Shown piece by piece: positions 1 through 12,544 of a DNA stretch of 64,000 nt. The stretch is from Eledone cirrhosa. Lineage: Eukaryota. The stretch lies in contig OZ024740.1 in the NCBI GenBank assembly GCA_964016885.1, positions 143,654,001 through 143,718,000 on the forward strand, given 5' to 3'. Numbering within the stretch: the stretch's first letter is position 1; every line of letters begins with the position of its first letter. A program made the translations under genes and the position numbers. The notes beneath the pieces are model-generated. The model was given only the letters and a program-made list of their open reading frames with translations, did not search any database and was not told the origin of the DNA.

Positions 1-1178
1 TAACCAAATCTTGACAATACAGTGTGGGAATAAAGAATCTGTAAATTAAAAAAATAGCTTGTGGTAGCAATAATAATAAAGGCTTACCTTGCTTCCAGAA
101 TTCACTTAGAGGAATTTTTAATAGCAGCTCTTTCATGCTAAACAGCTTAAAACACCACACTTTTCTGTGAGTCTCACACTCACATACACACGCAACCATA
201 CTTTGAAAAAAATTCTATGTTGAAAGAGGATTGGAGTTCTGTTCCTTCACTAACCTGGCACTATTTCCCTCTCATACTTCTGGCTCTTAACCCACAATAC
301 TACATACATTTTAAAAGACGGTATCATAGAAGCAACTAATTCATTATCGCTGGCAGGGCCTATGAGAGGGGGTCCAACTAGTACTTTGTTCCGGGGGCCC
401 AAGACCTAAGAAGGCCCCACAGCAACCATGCAACATCCATTTTGAGAATTTGCCTGCTTCAGAGCAAAATTTCTCCTGGAAGCCCTGATCGCAGGCACAG
501 TTTTTTCTTTGGCAATTTCAGTATTGAAAAGTCTTCTAGTAGATGTTTCTCAAATGAGATGGAGGTGGGTGCAAATATTCTAAAATGCTGCTATTCGCAC
601 CAGAAATCAACATTCTCTGTTAACTGTTCTCTCTCATTTTCTGCATCATCATCATTGAACAGCCATTCTCCCTGGTAGCAAGTGTTGGACAGGTTATTAC
701 AGAATGAGTCAGTGCTCAAGTAGAGCTACTGACCTCTCAGATGGGTCAGAGGCCCACATCGTGCTTACATATATTTCCATACTCTATAGAGTGCACTTTA
801 TTGTGGCGCCAACATTAGAAAGGTTGTCATGACTTTGACACTGCTGAAGAAGCCTCTCAACCCTTTATTTGACCAGTTTTCTATGACTGAATACCTTTCC
901 TATCACCAACCACCTTGCAAAATGTACTGAGTTTGTTTAATTAAGTCACCAACACTAGAGAGGTTGTACCTTTGACGTAACGGAAGAATTCTTTTGACTC
1001 TTTTTAACACGGTTTCTATGACAGGATTCTCTTCCTATTGCCAACCAAGTCACAGGTTGTACTGGGCGCATTTTTTGTAGCACCAACATTAAGGAGGTTA
1101 TTGGTAATTGAGTTAACTGAAGATCCCTCTCTACTCTATGGGAGGGGATGTTAAAAAGGATGGTAAGTATAATGCATG

Positions 1179-1209
<31 letters not shown>

Positions 1210-2811
1210 TTGTATGTATAATATGTACACATGATATATTTTGCAGTGAAGCCAACGATTCATTTTGAAATCAAACCAAATTGTGACTACAAAATAAAAA
1301 CGACTTGTTCTAAACCCAAGGCAGATATAAAATGTCTCTACGGTGTAAGTAAATGGAATTGGGTTTTTACCTGTTTCTCTTCCTATCATTAACCTATTCA
1401 ATTATGTGCTAGGGAGTGGATTGCTTAATTTTATTTAAGGTAACTGGAGTGAGTAGGGTGTATCTTGCTTAGAGACACAACACAATTACTCTAGTACAGT
1501 ATTTGTAATTCTAAGTCGGGACATATCAGTTCAAAATGAGATTAACAAAAAAAGATTTGACTATGGTATTTTAAGAAATGAACTGAGCATCAAATAACAT
1601 TGTGACATTTACAATGTGGAACTTGCTTGATTAAAAGTTTTTTATCAGTCCAGTAATGAAGCAAAAGAATCATCATCCATCATATGTAATATTTTCCAGT
1701 ATTTTCATGTGTAAGTACAACAGTGGCACTGATCCATGATCATAACAATCTATGAGCTGACTGAGAGCAATGTTAGACACTTTTGTCTATGTTGATCAAT
1801 GTTCACTTGATGCCTAAAAAAACACATTTTTGAAGCTGTGCACTCCATCAGATTTTAAAAATGGAATAATTCCATAGAAAATGAGATTTACAATTGTGAT
1901 TCATAAAGAGCGGGTTTTCCATTTTGTTTACAATATCATATAAGACATGGGAGGACTTTCGGGTTAAGTTAGAACCTGACATTTGATCAGTAAATGAAAT
2001 ATTTTGGCAAACTATCTCCTGACTTCATTATAAGAAGTCCTCCTCTACACCTGCTTTCAAGAACTTGTCTGGGGTTCTTGTTTCTGAAGAGAGGTGCATC
2101 CTCATAAGCTAGAGAGAGTACTTTGCTGATCCTGGGTCACAATAGTTAATGTACATGAGTAGTGTCTAACCTTGCGAAGGCTGTGGTCACCAGAGCAATT
2201 AAAGTGCTCAAATGTGGCAAGGCCTCTGAGGAAGATGAAATTGGGCCTGAGGTTTAAAACCTTAAATAGAAAAGGTATGTTCTGGCTGACTCATGTGTTA
2301 GGTGGCCTGAATCTCTGTGAAGGCACCAAAGCACTAGCAGCAGGGAGTGATACAATTTTAGAAGAAGTGAGATTGCTCTAATTATTTGTTGTTAACACAA
2401 TATAAACTATAATAAAGTAAGAAGCGCGGGATTGCTTAGTAAAATAAGTTGGTTTACTTTGAATAAATAATGAATGAATGTTACATAATTTATCTACTAA
2501 ATTTCGTGGCTGTTCATTAAATATATTTTATTATTTATTTAAAGATTCGCTTCTTTAAAATTTTCAAATGTAAACACTTCCGATCGCTTAAATAAATACT
2601 CATATATTTCCTTCACTAATTTTCTCCTAATGCAGTTTATATATAGTATCGTCTTTTTTAATGTATCATGGATTACATTACTGATTAAATAAGACAGTGT
2701 AACACAGTCTTCGTTCAATTTCTGTGTATATTGTCAATTACGGTTTTATTTGATGTATCATATCTACATGCATATATACTTGCGTAAAATATCAATATAC
2801 ACACTAAACAT

Positions 2812-2851
2812 ACTAGCAGAAAACCACCCGAAGGGTGGTTTTTCTGCTAGT
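2812..2851. repeat. Near-perfect 40-bp palindrome ending in CTAGT on both strands
   Basis: ACTAGCAGAAAACCACCC-GAA-GGGTGGTTTTTCTGCTAGT (one bulged T). Copy at 61171-61210. Confidence 0.85.
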
Positions 2852-2989
2852 TTATTTAATGAATATGATTTACAGAATAAACAAATCAATAGAAATTAAT
2901 TAGAGAAAGAAAAAACAAAAAAACAAGAGAAGATGGGTACACTCAATTGCATGCTACAACAGGGAATGTTCGTATTTCCCTAAAACATT

Positions 2990-3420
2990 TTGAGGTAATC
3001 AAGACACTCATGACATTGCTGCTGGAATAGCCAAGCACTCTTATGAGCATCACCTGATACTTCAGTAAGATGAGCTGCCAACAATGACAAGAACCTTATT
3101 GTCAGCAACCCTGCTACCACCAAATATTTTGAATGCTTCAGGCTGAAACATGGATTACCAATAATTCACTGTATTTCAGAATTTTATTTCGTTTGGCTAT
3201 GGTTGCAGTGACCCCCATTTTTTCTGCAGCATCTAATATATGAGGAGCAAAAGCATCACTGACTGTGGTGCCCCATAAGACGCATCTACTTTTAGCCTGA
3301 GGGCAAAGAGTAAGACGAATGAGCCTCTTTCCATTAACCCTGGACAATCCATTTCTAACAGAATTTGGAATTTCAAAATATTTTCCACTTACTATAGCTA
3401 ATCTTCCAGCTCTAATCATA
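2990..3420 (-). mobile_element. Decayed CRE-like non-LTR retrotransposon, restriction-like endonuclease fragment
   Basis: GLSRVNGKR...WGTTVSDAFAPHILDAA...KILKYSEL is homologous to the C-terminus of the ~21390-24880 element. Copy at ~61350-61780. Confidence 0.7.
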
Positions 3421-3599
3421 TCATCTAGATAGAAAAATATATTTACTATTATCGATGGGGGATGGGGCTGGAGTGTTGTAACACTTTTCTGCTTGTTCGA
3501 GTTTAGGGTGGGGGGAGGTAGTGGATTAGCTAACCTGCTTCTGCTGCATGCATTCCACTTGCATGAGAGGCGAGTTCTTCATATTACAGAATTTTTCTC

Positions 3600-4930
3600 A
3601 GTCCTGGATCATCTCCTTTATGGGATTTAACTGCATGAGGTCGGCCTTTATGACACCATCTCATCACAGAATTTCCTAGGTCTTCCTCTTCCAAGGGTTC
3701 CTTTGACTTCAGGAGCCCTACATTTCTTTATGCAGCTGTCATCCTTCATACATATTACATGTTCATACTATCGCAATTTCTTCTCATGAACACTACACAT
3801 GATGCCTCTTATGCCCAGCTTTACTCTTAGCTCATTGATATTTCATCGCTCTTATATATTACTATTATACATTCATCGGAGCATGCTCATCTCATTTCTT
3901 TCCAATCTTTGTAAGTCCTCCATACACAAAGCCAAAGTCTAACTACAATGTAGCATTGCTGTTCGTACACAAGCAGCATACAGTCTGCCATTCACTCTGA
4001 GGCAGAAACCTTTTGTAGCTAGCAGTGACAGTAGCTCCCTGACTTAACTTTTTCCAACCAGTCCTTATTCTGGCTACTGTACTTTCAGAACATCCATTCC
4101 CACTACGAATTTGATCCTCTAGATAGCAGAAACTATTGACTATTTCTAGGAAGCCCTCTGAACATTTAATAGGGCGTTTCATGTGTGCTCTTGTTACTTA
4201 CTGCTTCTGTGCATTGGTTACATACAAAGCCTACATTTTTAACCTGGTGTAAAACCAAACTGCATCTTGTCTATGTTAATTCTATCCTGAATTAGTTGTG
4301 CAATAACTATTTCAGTAACTTTCATGACTTGGTTCATCAACTTGATGCCTCTTTAGTTTCCTCTGTCTAGTGTGTCTCCTTTGCCCTTGATGCTGCTATG
4401 CCAGTCATTAGGTATGACACCATCCTGTATTACTTGATTTACTATGCACATAGTGTGTGCCCCACTCAACCAGATACTTTTGGCATCTGAGCTACTATCC
4501 CTGATGGCCCAGCTGCTTTACTTGTCTTCATATCCTTCATTGCCTTACTTACTACACAGTTGCTAACTTGGCTGACCAGACCCTCTGTTGAATCTGCTTG
4601 AGGCAGGCCTTCTTTCTTCTCAGCAACAATGAGGGCAAGTCAACCACTGTCATTTTGGACACAATTCTCCCCAACAACATCTTGATTTTTCCCTCACATC
4701 TTGCAATCCTGAACACCTCATGCCTATGGTCCCCACAGTGCAGAACATGCACACATTTCTTGTTTTCTGCTTTCCTCCTTCCTAAGTATACCTGTCACTT
4801 GGCTTCTCTTCTACCATCTTGATACTGTTCTCTGCTTCCCCCATTTTGCCAATCTTTCCATGTCTGTTTCTTAATTCTAACTGTCTCATCTACTCTTCTA
4901 TTCCACCACCATGTCACTCTATGGCATCCA
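3600..4930 (-). mobile_element. Decayed, internally deleted RTE-clade LINE
   Basis: EIVNSFCYLEDQIRSGNGCSESTVARIRTGWKK and HEVFRIAR motifs shared with other RTE copies. Duplicate at ~61960-63290. Confidence 0.8.
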
Positions 4931-5517
4931 GGGGCCTTGTTTTGAAGTATATGGGGACAGGGAAGGTTCTGTGGTATGAGTTAATTGGATTTGGTGCCTG
5001 GGATGTAGTGAATTTGCATGGCATTTCAGTCATATTTCTGAACATGGTGTGGTACTTCAGCCCCTTTTCTAAAATGATCTACCTCATTTATATCGCTTAT
5101 CCAGATTGATCAGACAGAAAACTGTTGGTGGTGGAAAGGGGATGGAAGAGAGGTTTCTGATGAGGTTTAGGGAAGAGGAGGAGAATAGAATTTAGGAAAA
5201 GAAAGATGGCAAACATGGCTAAAATAGAACAGGACAAGAGAGATCTGAAGAAGTAAATTTTAGGGAAGAAAGATGAGATAGATTGAAAACAGCAAGCAAA
5301 AATAAAATGAAATATTTATGAACAATACAAGAGAGAGAGTGAGAAATGAATTGTAGGGAAGGAAGAAAAATGAGAAATATATAATGTATATGGCAGAATT
5401 TGCAGAAAAGAGGAGAATAGGATTTAGGAAAAGAGAGATAGCAAACATCACTAAAAATAGAATATTCATAAGATATAAGCTTTAAGGAAGAAAGATGAGA
5501 TAAGAAGAAAATATATA

Positions 5518-6218
5518 CTGTATATACTCAAATATAAGCCACCACCACCCCTATTTTATGTCTGAGAAATGAGCAAAAATCCAACTGATCAACACATTAT
5601 GTTTAGATAGAATGGTTTTGAAATTCTCGTGATTATAAAATATAGTTACAAAGTTTTAATATTTTGATGTTTAAAATATAGTTTTTGTTTCACACCTCCA
5701 TTGGGTAATGAGTTTCCATTACGCTAAGTTTCAACAAGTTTCTCAAATGTTTGTTTACTTCTGGCCACTCACATGCTACAAGTACTTTGAAAGCAAGAAA
5801 TCAACTAAGAAAGCATTGTATTAGAATAGAAGAAGGAGGGGGTGACAGCAAGTGAGAGATGGCAATAAAATAATATTAGAAGAAAGATTTCAATTTTACA
5901 GAACATTGAAAGAAAAAGTATTATTAAGTCAGAGAAAAACATGTATGTGTGTGCACATGTGCATATGTAATTCTGTATAAGATATTTATGTATTAAAAAA
6001 TTTAAATTATAAAACTTTGTTGGAAATATTTTCATGGGAATGCATAAAAAACACTAATGATGATGTAAATGAAGCAAAACAGTTTCATTGTAAAATAATC
6101 ACTCCATATATTTTAACACCTTATTTCTGGTGAAAATCAGCAAAATATAAGCTGACACCCATTTTACCATTGATTCTTTTTGTCACATATTTATTAGCTT
6201 ATATTCAAGTATATATGG
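5518..6218. mobile_element. pogo/Tigger-type non-autonomous TIR element
   Basis: Imperfect TIRs ctgtatatactcaaatataagc and gcttatattcaagtatatatgg, with CpG-decay mismatches, each flanked by TA. Confidence 0.7.
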
Positions 6219-6513
6219 TATATGTGACTGTGTTTGAAGGAAAAGGTGAGGGCTTACAAGAATTAGTCACATAGTGTTATGTATATGCGGATGAAGTACA
6301 GAGGATATTATATGTAATATATTCTTGATTTGTGTAATGTTTATATTTTGGTTTAATGAAATTAAGCTATATCGTCAAGCACTTATTTCAGAATATTTGC
6401 AAGCTCTTTTAGTAATGGGGAATGAACTTTGACACGGGATTGGGGATCAAGTTTCATGTGACAAGGCCTAGTTTCAAAACGGGATTTATATCATGTTGGT
6501 ATCCTCTATATAG

Positions 6514-6665
6514 AAATATGTATAATGAGTGTTCTACCACATTCAGACTATAATCACTGTACTATGTCCAGCTCCACCACTTGTTCTGTTACCAATATAA
6601 CAGAACTTATCAATAATATAGAAGATATCATTGTAAGCCTTGCATGTGTCATAGTTGAAATTATG
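6514..6665 (+). CDS. Candidate internal exon of the upstream gene copy (first half of domain 2; boundaries unresolved)
   Basis: Open frame ...NITELINNIEDIIVSLACVIVEIM. Three in-frame phase-1 acceptors (6514, 6547, 6604) and two phase-0 donors (gtaagc 6633, gtaact 6666). This is the phase 1-0 exon needed between exon 3 and 7053. Confidence 0.45.
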
Positions 6666-7052
6666 GTAACTTTCCAGATTGTCTCAATAATGTTATACCT
6701 TATGACTGTTTTAACAAGCTAAGTAACTTAAATAGAAATAAATTAAGTATTAAATGTAATAAAGTAAAAGTTTAGTCCTTGAAAATTAGTTACTGGGGAA
6801 AAATCATTTGAGCCAGTCAAAATCTCACAAAAACTTTGAAATTCACTTTTATCATTTATTTATTGTTGTCAAACTTTTCCTTGCATTGATTATGACCAAG
6901 TTACTGACACAGTTTCACTGATAAATATAAAATGAATTTAAGTTTCTTAAGTCTCAACACAAGCTCAATCAAGTCACATACCAACCAAGTACAACTCTGA
7001 AATTAATAATGATTTCTTTAAATATTCTTTTTTATTTTACTTTCTTTCTCAG

Positions 7053-7218
7053 AAAGATCTGAAACTTACACACGAATCTGAACCTTGTAATAATCGAAGT
7101 ATTAAATTAAACCCTCCTGGTGTAAATTTAATGCAGCAATCAACTACACCTGGGAAAATCAAATGTGATGTCCAACTTGATAGTCTTTTACACTTTACTG
7201 TAAATAAAGAATTTGAAT
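7053..7218 (+). CDS. Internal exon of the upstream gene copy (second half of domain 2)
   Basis: Strong polypyrimidine acceptor tttattttactttctttctcag and donor T|gtaagg. Open frame KDLKLTHESEPCNNRSIKLNPPGVNLMQQSTTPGKIKCDVQLDSLLHFTVNKEFE, with an F/G-strand-like GKIKCDV..FTV. Confidence 0.7.
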
Positions 7219-7672
7219 GTAAGGGCATGATTTTATCATTTTTATAAATAATATTGGAAATTGTTTTCAAATGTTCTTTGTTTAGATATATTCACTTCTT
7301 AGAATCTGCTCCCACCATCACTGTACTCCCCCAATTCCACCCCTTCCACTCATCACCCTGTCAAACCCCAGCACACCTATCTTATACCCATAACATATTC
7401 TCTTCACCTTTTTACTTCCTCACATCACCACTTGAAGCCAGGCATGGAACCTGTCACTCTCCACCTCTTGTCACCTATGATATACCTAATATCCTTTTTA
7501 CATCCTTCATCGTCTCTCCCCAAATAAGTTGAGTGATTGCATAAATGCTGCATCATTGGCTCTAAAGGACTGTAGCATTACTTCTTCACATGAAGGTAAC
7601 TTAGACAAACTATAACCACTTGATTTCTTGCAGCTATTAAATAAATAACAATATATTGGCTTTCTTTTGCAG

Positions 7673-7842
7673 GCACTAGCTCTTCAGTGAAGCCTCTTAC
7701 TACAATGACAGAGGATATTACTACAATGACACCTTTTACAATATCGTCTATTTCAGGTAATAGTGCAAAATCCTGCATTTCCAGAATTTGGATGGAACTT
7801 ATTATTGGGATCATCATTACTGTTATCTGTTTAAGATATTAA
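7673..7842 (+). CDS. Last coding exon of the upstream gene copy: Ser/Thr stalk and GPI-signal-like/hydrophobic C-terminus
   Basis: tttcttttgcag acceptor, phase 1. Reads (C)TSSSVKPLTTMTEDITTMTPFTISSISGNSAKSCISRIWMELIIGIIITVICLRY* with TAA at 7840-7842. Confidence 0.75.
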
Positions 7843-8229
7843 AAATTAATAGAAAGAGATAGTATGTATTATCCACTATTTTTTTGCATTTTTACTTTCA
7901 ACTTGCTCCAACAATTTGAGATCAACTCTCACCACTTCAGTCAAAGTCTTCCTTAGTCTTCTCTTCCACATCTTTCTTCCTTGGATTCTCTTAGTTCTTC
8001 TTGACCCAACGATCATTATGCATCAGCATCACATGTCCTTACCAGTGCAATCTTCTCTCTTGCACATTTGATTCAACTTATGCCCAGTTTTTCACTCAAT
8101 TCATTTGTGCTTCATCATTCATGCATACTAACATTACACATTCTTAAAGAGCATGTTTGATTTGTTTCTCTGCAATCTTCACACATTCTCTGTATTCACT
8201 GCCCATGTCTTACTACAATGCTGTATCAC

Positions 8230-8733
8230 ACTTAAGAGACGTGCAACCAAGCAAATACCCTCCATCAGGCATCTACCATACTCTGAATGCCTTGCTTCCC
8301 TGGGCATGGATACATTGAAGCTCCGACGTCTGGCAATTGACTTGGTAAACACCCACAAAATTATTAACCATCTGAGCACCTTTTTGATTTCCTTTTTGTC
8401 TAACACACATGGGCATGCCTACAAAGTCAGAAAACAGCACAGCTCCCATGACTTTCGGAAAATTTTTTTCATGCTCAGAGTTGCTGAAGCATGGAACAAA
8501 CTCTGCATCAGTTGTTAGCTGCCGAGACACAACATGCTTTAAAACCTCCATGCTTCCTGAAATTTGCCAACACTATACTTGATATCCCTCCTCCATACAC
8601 ATGCACACATATATATCATGACTCATACACTGTTCACTTTCCTGGCATTTGTACATCATTCTATGTACTATAAATGCACCTTTGATGAATCGTAGTGCAC
8701 CTGAGCACTGTACACAATAAATTCATTATTATT
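8230..8733 (+). mobile_element. CR1/L2-like LINE 3' fragment
   Basis: RRATKQIPSIRHLPYSE..LKLRRL..DL, HGHAYKV and FFMLRVAEAWNKL, followed by a 3' UTR with an (ATT)n tail. Confidence 0.8.
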
Positions 8734-8741
8734 ATATATAT

Positions 8742-9110
8742 ATAATGAAATTATTGTGTGAAGTGCTCAGGTGCACTACAACTCGTCAAAGGTGCATGTA
8801 TAGTACATAGAATAATACACAAATGTCAGCAAAGTGAATAGTGTATGAGTCATGATATACATGTGTGTATGTGTATGGAGGGGGAACATTAGGTGTAGTG
8901 TTGGCGAATCTCGGGAAGCATGGAGGCCTTAAAGGATGCAGTGTCTCGACAGCTAACAACCGATGCAGGTAGTTTGTTCCATGCTTCAGCAACTCTGAGC
9001 GTGAAAAAATGTTTTCGAAAGTCATGGGAACTGTACAGTTTTCTGACTTTGTGGGCATGTCCACGTGTGTTAGACACATGGAAATCAAAAAGGTACTCAG
9101 GGTTGTTATA
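8742..9110 (-). mobile_element. CR1/L2-like LINE 3' fragment, inverted tail-to-tail with the previous copy
   Basis: NTRGHAHKVRK..FFTLRVAEAWNKLPASVV. Reverse complement of ~8390-8730. Confidence 0.8.
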
Positions 9111-9859
9111 TGCAGGAATCATACAATCTACGCTTCAGATGTAGAGAAAAACCCTTGTTATCAACAAATATTTCAGTGTTACCTCTTTTCTCACTATTAC
9201 CTCAGACGAAGAAGAATCCATCTTTAAAAATTTATAAATAAATTTTTTTTAATGAAATAACTATTTAAAAGATCTTTTGTTTTCTCTACGTTAACAGAGC
9301 AGAGATCAAGGAATTTCAGTTATTCTTTGTTTGCAAATAATCCAAAAGAAACTGTTCTCAAAATAAAACAATGCCAAGGGTGAGACAAAACATGTCTGGT
9401 TGACTAAAAAAAATAAGATCATTATCATCATCATTTTATGTCTGCTTTTCACGCTGGCATGGATTAGGCAGGTTGTCGTAGTCTGAGACCAGATGGGTCA
9501 GAACAATCAATCTTGCTTATTACATTCCATATTTGGTTTGGTTTCTACAGTTTGATGCTCTTCCCCTTACATGGTGTACTGGGTGCATTTTATCATGGCA
9601 CCAGTGCTGTCCTCTCAAACCTTATCTTTGTCTCTGTTCAATTGCCAAACACTTTTAGTGTCGCAGTGCTTGTGCTGGTGAACAACTCTTTTGTATTATA
9701 GCATATCTCCAGTCAGCTTGGTTGTTCATTATCTCCTTAGTGGAGAGTTTTCCTTGGTCTCCTTCTTCAAGCCCTTGGCACTTTTTCATACAATTCTCCT
9801 TTTCCTTGTTCATTGCATTCATCACATGATGCTTAGCCTAGTGACCTTTACGTTGTTTG

Positions 9860-10790
9860 AAGCACATCTAGAATGCTTCTTCCAAAATGGCTCTCAGCTT
9901 CACCGTTGTAGTTTGCATGATATCCTCTCAGCTTTCTAAGCAAGAGCTTTTAAGTAGCATTTTTATTTTGGGAAACACCAGAAGTCATAAGGAGCTATAT
10001 CTAGAGAGTAGGGAGCATGATAAATGAGCGAAATGCTTTTCTTGGCCAAGAAACCTCAAATCAGCTGTAATTAATTTATCAAGATGTTGTCATGATGCAG
10101 TTGCCAGTTTTGTGAAACCTGTAGATCAAAGTGTCTTGCTCCAAGCTGCATTATTAATATGTCAGAGGACTTCCTGATACAACTCCTTTGTAACTGTTTG
10201 TCCTAGTATGTATTCATGATGTACACTGCCCCAGTAGCCAAAGAAAATAGTCAGCATCACTTAATTTTGCTTCACACCTGATATGCTTTTTTGGGCCTTG
10301 GCAACATTGGCTGCTTCAATTGTGATGACTGAACTTTGGATTCCAGGTTGTACCCATATGCTCATATCTCGTCTCTAGTTATCACAATATTCAGGAACTC
10401 AAAATCCTTGTTAGCAGTATCCAGCAGGTCCAGTGCAACTTCAAGATGAAGTTTTGTTGCTCCCGAGAAAGCAACTTGGGCACAAATTTTGCTGCTATTC
10501 TGCACATGACCAAATCCTTTCTTAAAATTGCATATGCAGAATTTTTACTGATCACAGCCTTCATCACAAATTTCCCACACTGTCAAATGATGATTCTTCA
10601 TTATCAAGTTCTGCACTTTCTCAATAATAACTGCCTTTCGACCTGTTCTACCATTAGTAACCTGCATGTTGAATTTTACAAATTATTTCTGCTTGGATAT
10701 ATTTTGGAGAAAAATTTGATACAAGCTCATTGCTGTTCTGTCAGCATGAACAAAATTGAAATGGCTCAACAAAAATCATGCAGCTCCATT
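9860..10790 (-). mobile_element. Decayed mariner transposase
   Basis: Minus strand near 9975-10020 reads HAPYSLDIAPYDF, resembling the mariner YSPDLAP.D motif. Many stops. Confidence 0.65.
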
Positions 10791-11091
10791 TTGCATGCTT
10801 TTGTCTCCCTAACATCACTACTTCTCACAAGAAAAAATAAGTGTGATATGGTTTTGACAAACATTACATATAGTTTCATAATATTCATACAAATTTTGAT
10901 AACTCATTTTGTTATTCATTTTTGTTAATTTCAGGTCACTGCAAAGACATAAGGAATGCTTTTTAAGACATAAGGAATGCTTTTTAAGACTTTTTAAATA
11001 ACTGTGTTTTAATTACTCTCAATTCTTGAATAATCTGGTATGGGTGTCCCGTTTACTTGTTCCAGCCATCCGGCTGAGGCGACCGCAGATT

Positions 11092-11650
11092 ATCTATATC
11101 TATATACTACTAAAACTCTGTGATTGCTTGCTTGCCTGTAATACATTACAAAAAAGCTGAAGTGAACGTGACCCAACGGTTCACGGGTGGTCTAGTATAA
11201 TATAAAAGAGAGATATTTATTAGTTGGTTGAATCACACAAAAACTACACATACATCTAAAGAAAGAGAGAGATAGGCCATTATACAGTGAGAGATACAAG
11301 TGTTAAATATTCAGAGAGAGAGTGACATCCCACAAAAGTATAGAATCAGCTTAAACTATAGATGCTTTGATCCATAAGAAGGTTTAACAATATTGCATTA
11401 GCTTTTATAAAGTAGTTTTACAGTCTTTGATTTTACAGAACAAAGAAAAATTGATATTTGAAATTAATCTACCCTCCAGCTTGTATCCATATACTACTTA
11501 CAGTCTGTACTAACGGAGCAACACTTCAGAAGCAATGGTGCGTTTCAGATGACGTCCTTTGGAGCTGAAAAAGATCATACTGACTGGTTATTTCACATTT
11601 AAAATCCAAGGCCAATGCTATCATTTAATCAGCAGTTTACTCCTCCATCT
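11092..11650 (+). mobile_element. Helitron remnants (mini element with CTAGT end, followed by a Rep fragment)
   Basis: TC(TATA) start, hairpin plus ctagt at ~11170-11196. FQMTSFGA and FKIQGQCYHLISSLL at 11544-11643 match the Helitron Rep N-terminal region. Confidence 0.65.
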
Positions 11651-11813
11651 AATCCATGCTAGCGTGGAAGAACGGACGTAAAACGGTGATGATGATGATG
11701 ATCTACACATTTTGGTTACTAATTATCATCTGCAGTAGCATTTAATATCCACTTTCCATGCTTGTGTTGGTTAGACAGATTGTCACGTTATGAGACAAGA
11801 CAGGTCAAGTAAC

Positions 11814-12360
11814 CAGGACTGGATTTAGACCATGGGGGTCTAACACAAAATGCAAAAAACTGACCAATAATACATAAATATAATAGAGATACATACATAG
11901 ACATTAAATGGAAATATACATAATATATACACAATAGGTAAATGTTAAATATTATATATAAATGTAGACATATTAGTGTCAGAGCTGGTACAAAGATTTT
12001 CGCATATATGTACTAGAGGTTTTGGCCAAAGCGTATCAAACCACCATAATGTGGTTAAATGCATCTATCAATGAAAATCTATCGTTGCCTAAACTAAGTA
12101 CAGTAAGTTATATCTACATATTCAGAACACTGCTCTCTACATCCTGTAGGGAGAGAGCACTTAGTATTTTGTGGGTCATAATGATTGTCAGTTAAATCTT
12201 TATGAGTGCTAATTTGCTGAATGATCTCTCTCCTGAACTCTTTACTATCAAATATATCATAAGAACTATATCAACACTTGGAAAGGTATCAGCAAGCCAA
12301 TCATAGAGTAACACTGCCTGTTGAGATGGCATGAGACATGACCTGAAAGTTTTAATCAAG
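11814..12360 (-). mobile_element. hAT transposase C-terminal (dimerisation domain) remnant
   Basis: Minus strand reads SGERSFSKLALIK...ILSALSL near 12140-12235. CAGG-type terminus at 11814. Confidence 0.6.
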
Positions 12361-12544
12361 GAATTGAATATATTTTAACCATAAACCCTGTAATTTTGAC
12401 ATGTACTATATTTCTAATCTGAAGAGAATGATGCATTCATCCCACAGAAAGATGAGCCTTTGTAATTTAAACTTGTATAAGGAAGAAAAAAGGGAATAAA
12501 AAGAAAATTTATTGTATATAAACTTTGTTGCACTTACTGACATT

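Larger units (their letters stand above)
1..5651 (+). repeat. Copy A of large near-identical direct duplication (period ~58.35 kb)
   Basis: Position 1 (taaccaaatcttgac) recurs at 58348 and stays colinear to the window end. About 15 substitutions and 3 small indels seen by eye. Duplicated ORFs are offset by 58347-58359. Confidence 0.97.

Noticed and set aside
1690-1716. 11-nt micro-exon (ttttccag...gtaagt)
   Set aside because: Not frame-preserving. It lies in what looks like a decayed minus-strand Penelope RT fragment (DDSF motif).
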